Shown here piece after piece: positions 25,801 to 42,063 of a stretch of DNA of 64,000 nt. The DNA is taken from positions 480,755-544,754 of the forward strand of contig NIVC01000129.1 of assembly GCA_002269645.1 (NCBI GenBank). The letters are read 5' to 3'. Under the pieces are notes generated by a model. It was given only the letters and a program-made list of their open reading frames with translations, was not told the DNA's origin and searched no databases. This DNA comes from Macrostomum lignano (lineage: Eukaryota). The stretch's first letter is position 1. Every line of letters starts with the position of its first letter. Position numbers and translations under genes: made by a program.

Positions 25801-27537
25801 GTCAAAAATCGGTGTGCTGATCACAAAAATTGGCCTTATTTGAGAACACTTGTGTCGCTAAAAGCCATCAACACTAACCTGCTCAATTGCTGGCATAGAG
25901 CGACAAGGAACGCCGCTTGGCCCAATTAGCAGGTCGATCGCTACCAAGCCCTCCCGTCCAGACAGTGCAAACCGATTGGTGGCATTGTCAAATTCGAAGC
26001 CCGGCGTCGACTGATTGAAAGCCAATTCGGTGAAGGCTGCGGTCAGTTGGCTCGATGTGTTCATCCTGATGACTGCTGAAGCGTTGGAAGGCGTCGGATG
26101 GTCTTTTTGGAACTAATGGGAGCTTTTAAGTGTTCAGAGGCTTATCAGAAAATGAGTGGTAATTTTATATTCTATTTTCCTGTTAAAGCAAACCAATAAT
26201 CACCGAGACACTGGGTATCGCCCTCAGAAGTTATGCGCCGATTTTCTTACCCCCCCCCCAGCAAGCACGCAGCTACATTCGCTATACAGCACACGCTCAC
26301 ACAGGGTGTACTACCCTGCGTTTATCATCGTTAGGGCTACCGGACATTTCCCCTCTGGCGTTTTTCCCCAGCGTCGATAAAAACATGAATCAAATGGGCC
26401 GCAGCATTGGGCTCCAAAATGGGCTACAGAACAGCCACTTATACAGCCACACGACGAAGTTCACTTTCACATTTTCCCATTTTCATTTCCAGGAGCAATT
26501 TTCGGAGGTTAAGTGCCGGAGAGGAAACGCCGAAGGGAAAAGTCAGAGGGAAACGCCGGGAGGGAAACGACGGAAGGAAACGACGGAAGGGAAAAGTCGG
26601 AGAGGAAACGCCGAAAGAGAACGCCGGAAGGGAAACGCCGAAGGGAAAAGTCGGAGGGGAAATGCCGAAAGAGAAACGCCGAAGGGAAAAGTCGGAGGGG
26701 AAATTCCGAAAGAGAAACGCCGAAGGGAAAAGTCGGAGGGGAAATACCGAAAGAGAAACGCCGAAGGGAAAAGTCGGAGGGGAAATGCCGAAAGAGAAAC
26801 GCCGGAAGGGAAACGACGGAAGGGAAACGTCGGAAGAGAAACGCTGAAAGAGAAACGCCGAAGGGAAACGCCGGAGGGGAAATGTCCGTGAGGGGAAATG
26901 TCAGTAAGCCCATCGTCGCACGCACACAAACTGTGCATTGGGAAGTTGGCCTTAATCCGCCCAATCGGCCCAGGACATGCTTACATTTAATGAATGCATG
27001 AATACATTTAATTTAGGTGCTTTGTAGCCTTTACGAAAGGCTCGCTCACACCGCCATCAAATGCGGCCAAATTTCGCGCGATCAACACAATTAGATTCGT
27101 GCGCTTTAATGGCTCATTTGATGGCGAATGATCCTTAAATTGTGTATTTTACCTTTAAGTATCCTGTTAAAACAAAAACAGAGAATCTCACCAGCTTCAG
27201 TCGGGGGGCTGGCAGTCGCCGTCCCGCCGCCACCTGCTGTCGTCGACATCTCGTCAGTCATCGTCGTTTTTCCCATAGTTGTTGCGGTTGTCAAAGGAGT
27301 TTCCACGGTTACATAACGGGAATTCGATATGACGCACTGACAGTTTAGATCGGCGCATTGAACGCCTGAAATGGCGATTCGATGCTTTAAAAATGGCAAC
27401 CCAATCGACAAATAGAAGACAACCAGATACAGCGTGCTCATACAAGCTGCCATATGAAATAAAATCAACCTGAGCTTACCGGGAAGTATTAGAAGCGACA
27501 AAAAGCCCACTTGCATGAGCCTTAGCTGTCCCTTCAT
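22807..27537 (-). CDS. Short paralog of the mucin gene (about 520 aa type-I membrane protein)
   Basis: Exons 27537-27480 (MKGQLRLMQVGFLSLLILP, GTAAGC donor), 27365-27192 (GVQCADLNCQC plus short Thr-rich stretch), 26102 or 26075 to 25879, 24449 to 23601 or 23598 (clear homolog of 6152-5271, TM VYAAVLISILSLLVLATVLILVLW), 23152-22977 and 22894-22807 (ends DDNGV*). Intron phases match the mucin. Confidence 0.85.
24540..25282 (+). mobile_element. Gypsy-like LTR retrotransposon remnant: integrase C-terminus between ~88-bp direct repeats
   Basis: Direct repeats 24540-24629 and 25196-25282 both start TGTTGTACTTTAACTACTGCC; purine-rich AGTGGGAAA precedes the second. Internal VFVKPSNARCTDKWPRGQVTGPTRGVSVEVNGLPRHVADIRP resembles Gypsy integrase tails. 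Confidence 0.65.
26334..26911. mobile_element. Non-autonomous TIR element with internal ~41-bp purine-rich repeats
   Basis: Left end GGGCTACCGGACATTTCCCCTC matches the reverse complement of the right end (GGGCTTACTGACATTTCCCCTC). Internal unit GAAGGGAAAAGTCGGAGGGGAAATGCCGAAAGAGAAACGCC. Lies in intron 2 of the paralog. Confidence 0.7.
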
Positions 27538-28306
27538 GTCTCAAGCTCTATCTGTGAGTCCAACTGGTTGCTTTCAAACTATGAAAGACACTCCTCAGTC
27601 TGTCTAATTAGAGATATATTCCTTTTGTATAATTTTTATGCCCAAACTGTTTACACAAAGATGCACGGAAAAGTACTGCCAATGTTTAATGGGCAGAATG
27701 GCAGAATGGAATGAGACATTCATAGAAACATACAACCTAAGATTTTTTCATCTCTTCTGATGCAATGCAAGTGCGCTCTGACGCGAATGCACAATGAGCT
27801 GATGAGGTGCGGGGTAAGCTGGCGTACATTTCGCCGTGCTTGCCGGCAGTGCAAAAGCAAAAAAGTACAGGTAGACTGCTGATATTGTATGCCTGATGCA
27901 TGAAAGCAACGCTTATAGATAATCTTTCAATAATATAAATTAGAACGTTCTTTAAGCGACATTAGCCCGTCCACATACCAAATTTCCTACATGTTTATGT
28001 GCAAGTCCTCTCAATGAAAATAGTTTTTGTAAATATACGCTTGTAAAATTTTGTTTAACATGCTAAAATTCACTGATAATATTTTTATTAAATGTGTACA
28101 GTTTTAAATTAAAAAATAAATATTCAATTCAATTGTTACTTTTTCGCCAACAATATCACATGTAATAAAGTAGTAATACAAAGTAGAGATCTCTGAGATA
28201 CATTTACAGCATTGCGACAGAAGGCTGTGACCCTCTAATCTTCATGGTAGTGCCGAAAGATTCTAAGAAATGCATATAAGAAATTCCATTTCGTGTTAAA
28301 TGAATG

Positions 28307-28955
28307 AGGCACTCATTTTAGCGCCACAGGCACTCATTTTAGCGCCACAGGCACTCATTTTAGCGCCACAGGCACTCATTTTAGCGTTGCAGGCACTCAT
28401 TTTAGCGCAACAGGCACTCATTTTAGCGCTGCAGGCACTCATTTCAGCGCCGCAGGCACTCATTTTAGCGCCACAGGCACTCATTTTAGCGCTGCAGGCA
28501 CTCATTTCAGCGCCGCAGGCACTCATTTTGGCGCCGCAGGCACTCATTTTGGCGCCGCAGGCACTCATTTTAGCGCCACAGGCACTCATTTTAGCGCTGC
28601 AGGCACTCATTTCAGCGCCGCAGGCACTCATTTTGGCGCCGCAGGCACTCATTTTGGCGCCGCAGGCACTCATTTAAGCGCTGCAGGCACTCATTTTAGC
28701 GCTGCAGGCACTCATTTTAGCGCCACAGGCTCTCATTTTAGCGCCACAGGCACTCATTTTAGCGCCGCAGGCACTCATTTTGGCACTGCAGGCACTCATT
28801 TTAGCGCCACAGGCACTCATTTCAGCGCCGCAGGCACTCATTTTGGCGCCGCAGGCACTCATTTTGGCGCTGCAGGCACTCATTTTGGCGCCGCAGGCAC
28901 TCATTTTAGCGTCACAGGCACTCATTTTAGCGCCGCAGGCACTTATTTTGGCGCC
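28307..28955. repeat. 21-bp minisatellite (about 31 units)
   Basis: Unit CAGGCACTCATTTT(A/G)GCGC(C/T)(A/G), no spacers. About 100 bp downstream is a TIR-like end ...CCCCCAGTTGCGACGCTCCTG. Confidence 0.95.
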
Positions 28956-30207
28956 TTGAAAAAAAGTATTGATTAACACAACGAGTCACAGGGTGGGGTG
29001 GCAGGGACAAAGCATTGGCATGTCCCCCCTGTCCCCCCAGTTGCGACGCTCCTGAATAGAATGTTTTTTCAGAGACAATTTTTGTCTCAGCTTTAGGATC
29101 GAAACAAAAAGTCCTAGTAGAAAATTGGTGTCAGCAGCTGGATATTTCTAAAAGACAGACCAAGACCCCTTGTGACAACTTTAGTGGCACTTAATTAGGA
29201 GCGTCACAGCATTTAGCCTCGCCCATTTTTAATTTTCACTAAACAGATGGCTAAAATTTTACTTAAGTAGATGCAGTAGTGAAATTAAAAATTGGTACAA
29301 AAATTTATTCTCACTAAAAACTGTCACAGCTCTCTTCTAGCTTCAAAAGTAGCTCGCAAAACGAAAAACCTAGGCATGCAAAGGATTCGCATCCGTGCCC
29401 CCACAGTCAATTCAAAGACATGTTTTTAACAAAACTGTTTCGCAAGTCCCAATCTACACGTGAGAAAGCAACAGGTGGGTAAGTCAAATGCAGCAAGATT
29501 TTTTCTTGCGAAAGCGACTTTTTCGTCGCTTGACCTCATGGCCTCATGGAAGCAGCTGCATGGCCCAGGTCCTCAATACGTTTGCACTAGTGATGAGAAT
29601 TTCTGCAATGACAAGTTAGAAAGAGGTGAACATCGATCATGTGAAATGAATTGTTGACAGAGGGGGAAGGTAGCAGAATTGGTCCTAGGCACCAGTTCAG
29701 TCTTGTGTTGGCTATGAATATTTAGTGGGTACAGTAGCCAATAGAACTAAAGAGAAAAATCTCCCAAAAAAGTGTAACTACTGCAGTGAGATGGGCTACG
29801 TCTCATCGAATTAACTAATTAACATAATTAGCTGTAGCAGTGGTAGGCTACAGCTAGCTGAGCTACTTAAGTCAATTAATCCAACTACTATGTGAGCCAT
29901 GAAGTAGTGGCATTGTCTGGCAAAATTCCGTTACTAAAGTTAGCAAACCACTGACTTGTGCATCTCCACCAACTAATTCAATATTGCTCTTCGTTACAAT
30001 ACGCCCAATTGTTCGTCATTGCCATTACTATGGTAACGCAGAATTACAACAATGAGCCACAAAATTAGTTTGGTGCTTGTCTAAGATGGGAATTACAGTG
30101 CCTGCGGTCTCTCATAAATAGCTTGGCTGCTGGATTGCCTGACTAGCTATAACCGCTACTGTTCCTTCTGACTTTTTGTGGATGCGAATTAAAGCGAAAT
30201 ACATGAA

Positions 30208-31183
30208 ATGCCATTCGTTCGAACATCAAACCGATTAAAGCAGCAACAGAAACAGCAACAACAGCAGAAGCAGCAACAACAGCAGAAGCATTTAATTTCG
30301 GATTTGCCAGCTCAAAAGTCGCTTCTGCCTCCGGTGCCTAAGGTCGACCAGAAGTACTTCCGTCCCGAGTTCGTGCGCGAGATGCACTGGCGATTAAAGA
30401 GTCGCAGCAGCGCCATTTCGGATCGGCCCGAGCAGCCCGGCAAGCAGCGCAAGAAGGCGACCTTGGCAGATCTGGTGACACTGCAGCAGGCGAGGCTGAA
30501 GTCTCGCGAGGATCAGACTGCCCAGCTTAGCGGCGAAGCGTCCTCTGCGAAGGTTTGAACTTTTGCTTGGTCTCCGATGATAGAGTTTTCTTAGGCTGAA
30601 TTGATTGATGCATCTAACTACATCAGGCAGGATAAACAAAAGCCAATAAAATCATAGTGCAAAAAAACTTTCCTTTTTCGGCAGCCAAATCCAACTGATT
30701 TAATGTAGTACTCGTAAATTTCAAATCGGATATTTATGTTTACCTGTACTTTCTCTCCTCCAGGTTGCTCTGCTTCGTGGAAAAAACCTGGCATTGGCTG
30801 AGCTGAGCTTCATGCACCAGGTGATGATACGGTTGCCCTTGGCAACAGAATATTAATTGATTTGCTGGTTGAACTTATATTTTATGGCACTAGTAAGCTC
30901 ATACCTCTCTATGATTTGCAACTTCACACAGACAACCTCGGTCACTTCAACGCAGTCACCGTCGGATGAATCACCGGACAGCAGTTTAAAAGCCCATAAA
31001 GAAGCCGCTTCCAGCTTGACTAAACCCCTCAGCGGTCAGCAGGCCAGCCAAGTTGGAGAGACGAGAAGAGTCGCCAGAGGGGGCAACCAAAACTCTTCTC
31101 TTAACGACAATGATTTCTTGGACGCCGGTTTCAATCTGGACGCCGAGCTGAACCAGTTTCGGCGCTTTGGTCTATCGAACTAA
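30208..31183 (+). CDS. Uncharacterised three-exon gene (about 217 aa, poly-Q N-terminus)
   Basis: Exons 30208-30552, 30764-30820 and 30932-31183, all joined in phase 0 with pyrimidine-rich acceptors. No family recognised. Confidence 0.6.
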
Positions 31184-32546
31184 AACTGAGCCAAAATTTA
31201 AATCTATACCTGGCACTAAAGCCGTTAAACTAAATATAGCAAATCATCATTAGTTGTGCAATGATTTTTGACGAAATTACAAAAAATCTGACCTTGATTT
31301 TGAAAGCCTACATTTTTTAGGCGGCTACGATGTTGAAACGAAAAAAATTCCGAAATTTCGATAAGATTACTTTTTAGATTTCTGATCCACAGACTGTCAA
31401 CTTATTGGGCAAAGAATTAAGAATGAGTATTCTCAGGAATAAATATAAAAGCTACTCAATGCTCGCAGTGCTAAGCAAAAAATTGATACGGAGAAACCTC
31501 TTGAGCTACTCAATAGGTTTGCATCATCCTGTTTGACGAGTGCATTTTTTCTCCAACACAACGCACACCTAGCTAGCCCATTTAAAACAAAAGCTCCCAT
31601 TTTCACTTAGCAAATTTAAATTTAAATCCCGTTTAACACGGCAAGGACAGGTTATATGCACGCCTCTCATTCCTGCTTTTCACAAGGCTCCGATAGTTTA
31701 CAGACGCATGCATGGAGAGAAAATGTACAAACTCGTACGAGGCTGGTTTCTCACAAGTTGCTAAGAAACTCCAAGCAACCCTTTCAAAATCTCTAGCAGA
31801 TAAAAGAGAGCCAGAAGAAGCAAGCGGTCGATTTTTGTAGCTCATAGTGGCTCGTGTTTTTAATCGAAATCTTCAACATCAGGCGGGACTAAGTAAAAAT
31901 TCCAGTCTTCGGGGGCCCAAGACTACACATTTCCATACATTTACTTATTGCTAAAGCAGACTTAGAAATTTTATATAATGTCTGGTATATTGAGGCGTTA
32001 TGTCCTTGGTCTTGTCATCAATTGCGGTCCTTGAATGCATAGATTTAAGTACTCCAGATTAGATATAGTAGCGGTGTCATATAGTATAATAGTACGTTTG
32101 TCCCTTGAACAAGCCTACGACATTAAAAAGTTCAGCTCGCGTGATGCGTCACAAGCATCAAGTCATGTGATCTTTTTGCACTGGCGGCATTGTTCGACGT
32201 AACAAGAAATTTTGAAGCTCTTCAAGGCGCAGAGTGAAGGGAGAGAGAGATGATAAATTTAAAGAGAGACAGAGGAAAGAAAAGGAGAGAAGTAGACTCG
32301 ATAATTTAGCTGTCGAAACTTCCCTCAGCCGGTAGGGGATAGGTAGAATCTGTATTTCCTTCCTGCTCCCCCTACGCTCGTACAGATGGAGGTGGGGACG
32401 CGCTCAGGCCTCTTCCCGCTAGTTGCTAAGAAACAACATCAAAATCTCAAGCAGATGCTCGCAGAGAAGCAAAGAATTTAAAGACACTTTCGCGAGAAAA
32501 ATACCAGTTAGGAGACTCGCTTTCTCACATCCGCTTTGTTGGAAAT

Positions 32547-37904
<5,358 letters not shown>

Positions 37905-38777
37905 GTAAGAAATTGCTCACTGAATAGTTTGCTGTGATCGATGTCAGAATGAGAATTTTTCCTGGTAAGTCAAAGCTCGGTAAGTGGATACGATAAGCGC
38001 TTTTGTCAGTTTCCGTAATGAACTTATATGAGAAGTTGTTATTTTTTCATCTATCATCACGCGCTTAAACTTTGTAATTAGCTCGTAATGTACCTAATGT
38101 ATCTGTGCCTCATATTTTGTTAGAGGTTTTTTGATTTATAAAACACGAATTTTTAAACTCTGCTTACATAGAGTACGAGTAGTAAACAATGTTTATTCCT
38201 CGGGAATTTTTAGGCCTTGGATTTACGCCATTTCGGCTAACGGAACCGAATACAAACACGAACTAAATACATGTGACATACAACCTCAGTTATAGAAACG
38301 GAAATAAGCAAAAGTATGTTTAACTAGAAATGCTTTTCTCAAGTTTGTTCCCAGCTACGCGTACTTCATTACAAAGTATCAGTAGTACTTTAGTTGAAAT
38401 CTTCTATATTTAGAAGTAAAAAACACTTTATGTATTACAGTAAATTCCGCTACTGAGTCTCAATATTTTTGCCGTTTTGAAATCCAGTTCCAAACAAAAA
38501 ACACGGTTTGGAATCGGACTGTCTGTAACCAATGACTTTTCAATTTTTTCACTTCAAAGAGATCATATTTTTCGGAGGGGACATGGCTTGCATTCAATGG
38601 AAACGGGTGGAATGAAGATAGCTTTTTTGTCAAGCATACCTTATCTGAGATGTGTTCTATAGAATTGCCGCACGACTCGCTGTCTCGCTGTCTGTACAGG
38701 GCACTCTGCTTTTTATTGCCATTCTTCCTCGTCCGTATTCAACGCATCGATATCTCCGACAAGCTAGCAATTTATTT

Positions 38778-38873
38778 GGGTAGTGACTGACTTGGGTAGT
38801 GACTGACTTAGGTAGTGACTGACTTGGGTAGTGACTGACTTGGGTAGTGACTGACTTGGGTAGTGACTGACTT
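38778..38873. repeat. 16-bp tandem repeat x6
   Basis: GGGTAGTGACTGACTT six times, one with A replacing the first G. Confidence 0.9.
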
Positions 38874-39534
38874 GAGTATTTCCCGTTGTTATAGGGCTTT
38901 TACCATTTGTTCGTAGCGTTTGTAAATGGTGTGAACCATGAGCGAGTCTTTCTCTCTGTGACTCACCATTAAGTTCTCATTTAAATTCAACGTAAAACCC
39001 CACCTTCTTTTCGCCGTATTCCAGACCTCTACGAATTGCTCACAAAATCGATTTCAGATTCAGTAGACTTAAATTTTTTTTCTGCCTAATAATATTACTA
39101 TGAATTACCGAAAAGTTACAGAATTCAAGGCTTTCTACAGTTTCTGCATCATCATCACCTACAGCCAGCCAAGTGAGTCTTTTTGCATTAGAACCACGCA
39201 TATTGCAACCGTGCCAAAAAGTGACTAGGAAACAATGAAGAACTCAAGACAAAACGAGAGAAGGGAGAGGGTCTGATGGTAGTGATGGGACCACAGTGGA
39301 GAGTGGCAGGAAGAAGCTGCTCACCCATTGAATAGCTTTAGTTCGTGCAAATGCTGTATCTGAAAAAGACGACAAGACAATGGCATGATGGGAGGGAGAG
39401 CATGACCAGGTGGATAGACAGTCAGAAGGAAACAGTGGGAGAAAAGTAAAAGCTGTTGAAACTGCCAGAAGTATTTGGGTGTAGCAGCTGCGATCTGGGG
39501 AGGGGGCAAATTACAAAAGTGCTGTTTTATTACG

Positions 39535-39685
39535 CCACACTTAGAGACACGGCGGACGTGTCTATAATGCAGAAACTTATACAGAGACACGGCAGCCGTG
39601 TCGATGAAACTTGCACGGCGGCCGTGTCGTTAATATTGAATGGGTTCACACTTAGAGACACGGTGGGTGGCCGTGTCTATAATAT
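39535..39685. repeat. Cluster of four GACACGG/CCGTGTC hairpins
   Basis: Stems at 39546-39562, 39586-39602, 39614-39626 and 39657-39677; CACACTTAGAGACACGG..CGTGTCTATAAT occurs twice. Confidence 0.75.
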
Positions 39686-42063
39686 TGGAGCTTATAGGCA
39701 CGGCTGTCATGTAGCTCGTATATAATCATCGATATAAAATGCGTGTTCTGTAGGGCTCTCTCATAAGCAAATGGTGGCTTAGTGGATAAGTTAATTGCTT
39801 ATCAAACTAAATCAAATTAAAATTTTAAGAGTAACACTAAATCTTAAAGTGCGGCCGCAATTATATAAAAACTGCTTTAAAGTTTTTCTGCATCCACCCT
39901 CTGCAGACTATGCACACAGCATTGAAAGCTTTCCTTAGTTTCTTTTCCCTTCAAGATGGCTTCTCGCTGATGCTCGCCATATTTGGTAAGCATTGACTGG
40001 GCAGGCCTTTACCTACTGTGTGGGGATTTTTGAAAGAGAAAAACTCACATTGAACTCGTGGGAAAAGCCTTCCACACGACAGGTGACTATTGATCGGTGT
40101 GAATTGGTCTTCGTACTGGGCATGAGGTTGACGCTGTTAGAAGTCTTACAAAGCCAGGCACAGTGGAAAGTGGTTGCTTTTGGAAATAGCCATGGCTCAA
40201 AGCTGGACCCCTCTGCCATTCATAATTGAATATTTAATGAATGCCCAAGCCCTGGTGAAAGATTACTTGGGGAGCCTTCCAAAGAAGAGACACTGCCAGA
40301 GCATCTGGCAGTTTTGCAGAGATGCTCCACGTAGAAAAGTACTATGGCGGTAGCCAGGCAGTGTCTGGGAAAATCCTGTCAGGAATAATAGGAATATTTT
40401 GCATTTAAGGTAATTAAGGTAAATTGCTTTAATTTTGTCTGAGAAATCTCAAATTGAAAGTTTAATATGCTGACTGGCATACTGTACGAATTACTTCAAG
40501 TACTTATAAGCACTTACAGACTACAAAAAGACTTACAGACTACAGAAATCTTACTACAAAAAGCATAAATATATACTCAGCAACATTGAAAAGTCGCCAT
40601 CACAGAAGATTCCGTCTGTGGTCGCCACTTTTGAGAGTGCAGATTAAAGTCTCTCAATCTTGCGAGTGACGCAACTTAGCTACGGACTTAAGTTGAGGAA
40701 TGAAGTGGGGGGAGCTGTGTGCGAGGGTTGGACGGATTAAAGCTGCTCCGATAAGTTTTCTCGTATCTTTTATTTCAGAATAGTCTAAGAGAAATTGCTC
40801 ACTGGCGCATAGAGTGGCGACTTGTTGCTGAGTGTAACCCCCACAACTCACGCTAGCACAAAAGTTAAAGTCGTTTTATCCAGATCACCAGCCGGTTGAT
40901 GAACTCTTGGGGGGGGGGGGCATTCAGAACGGCCAGTCGCAACTGTTTGACATTCTGCAGGGCACCTTGTTGAAATCTTTGCTTTACAAATTCCCAGAAA
41001 TGCTTGATTGTATTCATGCGTCTCAAGAGGATTTAACAACCTGTTTATATATGTGCAAATCGCGTTGCACAGCCAACCCCCCCCCCGATTCAACCACGCC
41101 ACAATTTGCAGTCTTCGCAACTTTCCGAATCACCGATGACATGAAAGAATTTTGGGCCGTGTGGCAGAGTGAGTCGAGTGGGTTTATCTGTTGCTGAGTA
41201 ATGCATCGGTTTGCGACAGCATGGTTCTGACTGTCACTATCCTGTTTTAAACCCCACTCCTCTGCCCTGCCAGTGTCGCCTTGCGTGAGTTCTCTCTCCC
41301 AACTCTGGTCGCGCTGTGTGGGCAGCGTGTGGGCTCCTGTTTTTGGCTGCCTTGGTGAGCGCCAAATTCTGTTACCACGCATCCCCTTGCTTGCCAATGC
41401 TGCTCTTGTATCTTCTTTAGGTTTAGACTTGATTACCCTACCTGCACACGCTAAAACCCTAAAATTAGTGAAAATCCATCATAGCGAATTGAGATTCTTC
41501 ACTTGATGGGCTTTGGTTTTCAACCTGACTGACCAAAACAATATTGCTCCAGATTTGTGTGCGAGAATGGCGAGATGTAAATCTCGTTAGTCGATGCGAC
41601 TAGCAAATTTACAGATACAAAAGACCGTAAAATAGATTGAATGTGTAAATAAAAAAGAGCTTACAAAATCAATGATAGCCAAGGTTATCGCGCAGCATAA
41701 ATTTAATAAAAGTCAGTAAGTCTTGTCAACTTTCTCCAGTTAGGAGTCACTACTGAGCTGATTTGAATTGACTTTGAAAAGCCTACACATTAGATACTGT
41801 CTGCTGTCTGCTGTCTGAGTGCTCAGCAGGTGTACGCGGCCTGGGCAAATTCTGCCAGTTTTTCCCATCCAGATGAGGCAGATCCGGCCAATCCGGAGGC
41901 TGTAGGGTCGGAAAGGACAGAGAGAGGAGAGCCTCAGCCTTGGCAACGAGAGTAAACAAACATCGCTTGGGATAGACGGCCACTGTTGTCCTGGACCATT
42001 ATTAAACCCTTTCCTCGGCTAGGGGCATGGGCGGAAGAACCAAGCGTTTCCTACCAGAGAGAC

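Noticed and set aside
26385-27001. K/R-rich ORFs as an adhesive cement protein gene
   Set aside because: No signal peptide, bounded by TIRs, open in all frames because of repeat composition, and located antisense in an intron.
27366-27479. Reading the paralog N-terminus as one unspliced exon (ORF 27106-27537)
   Set aside because: The 114-nt segment has GTAAGC and TTTCAG ends, and its removal yields a clean signal peptide with the same phase as mucin intron 1. In-frame retention cannot be excluded.
28296-28979. MSACGAK-repeat ORFs (metal-binding or antifreeze-like appearance) and a CRISPR-like look
   Set aside because: A pure 21-bp minisatellite with no spacers or cas genes; the ORF is interrupted by a stop and has no unique flanking coding sequence.
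40848-41506. Cluster of 77-124-aa ORFs between copies A and B
   Set aside because: No recognisable domain, splice linkage or similarity to the missing last exon of copy A.
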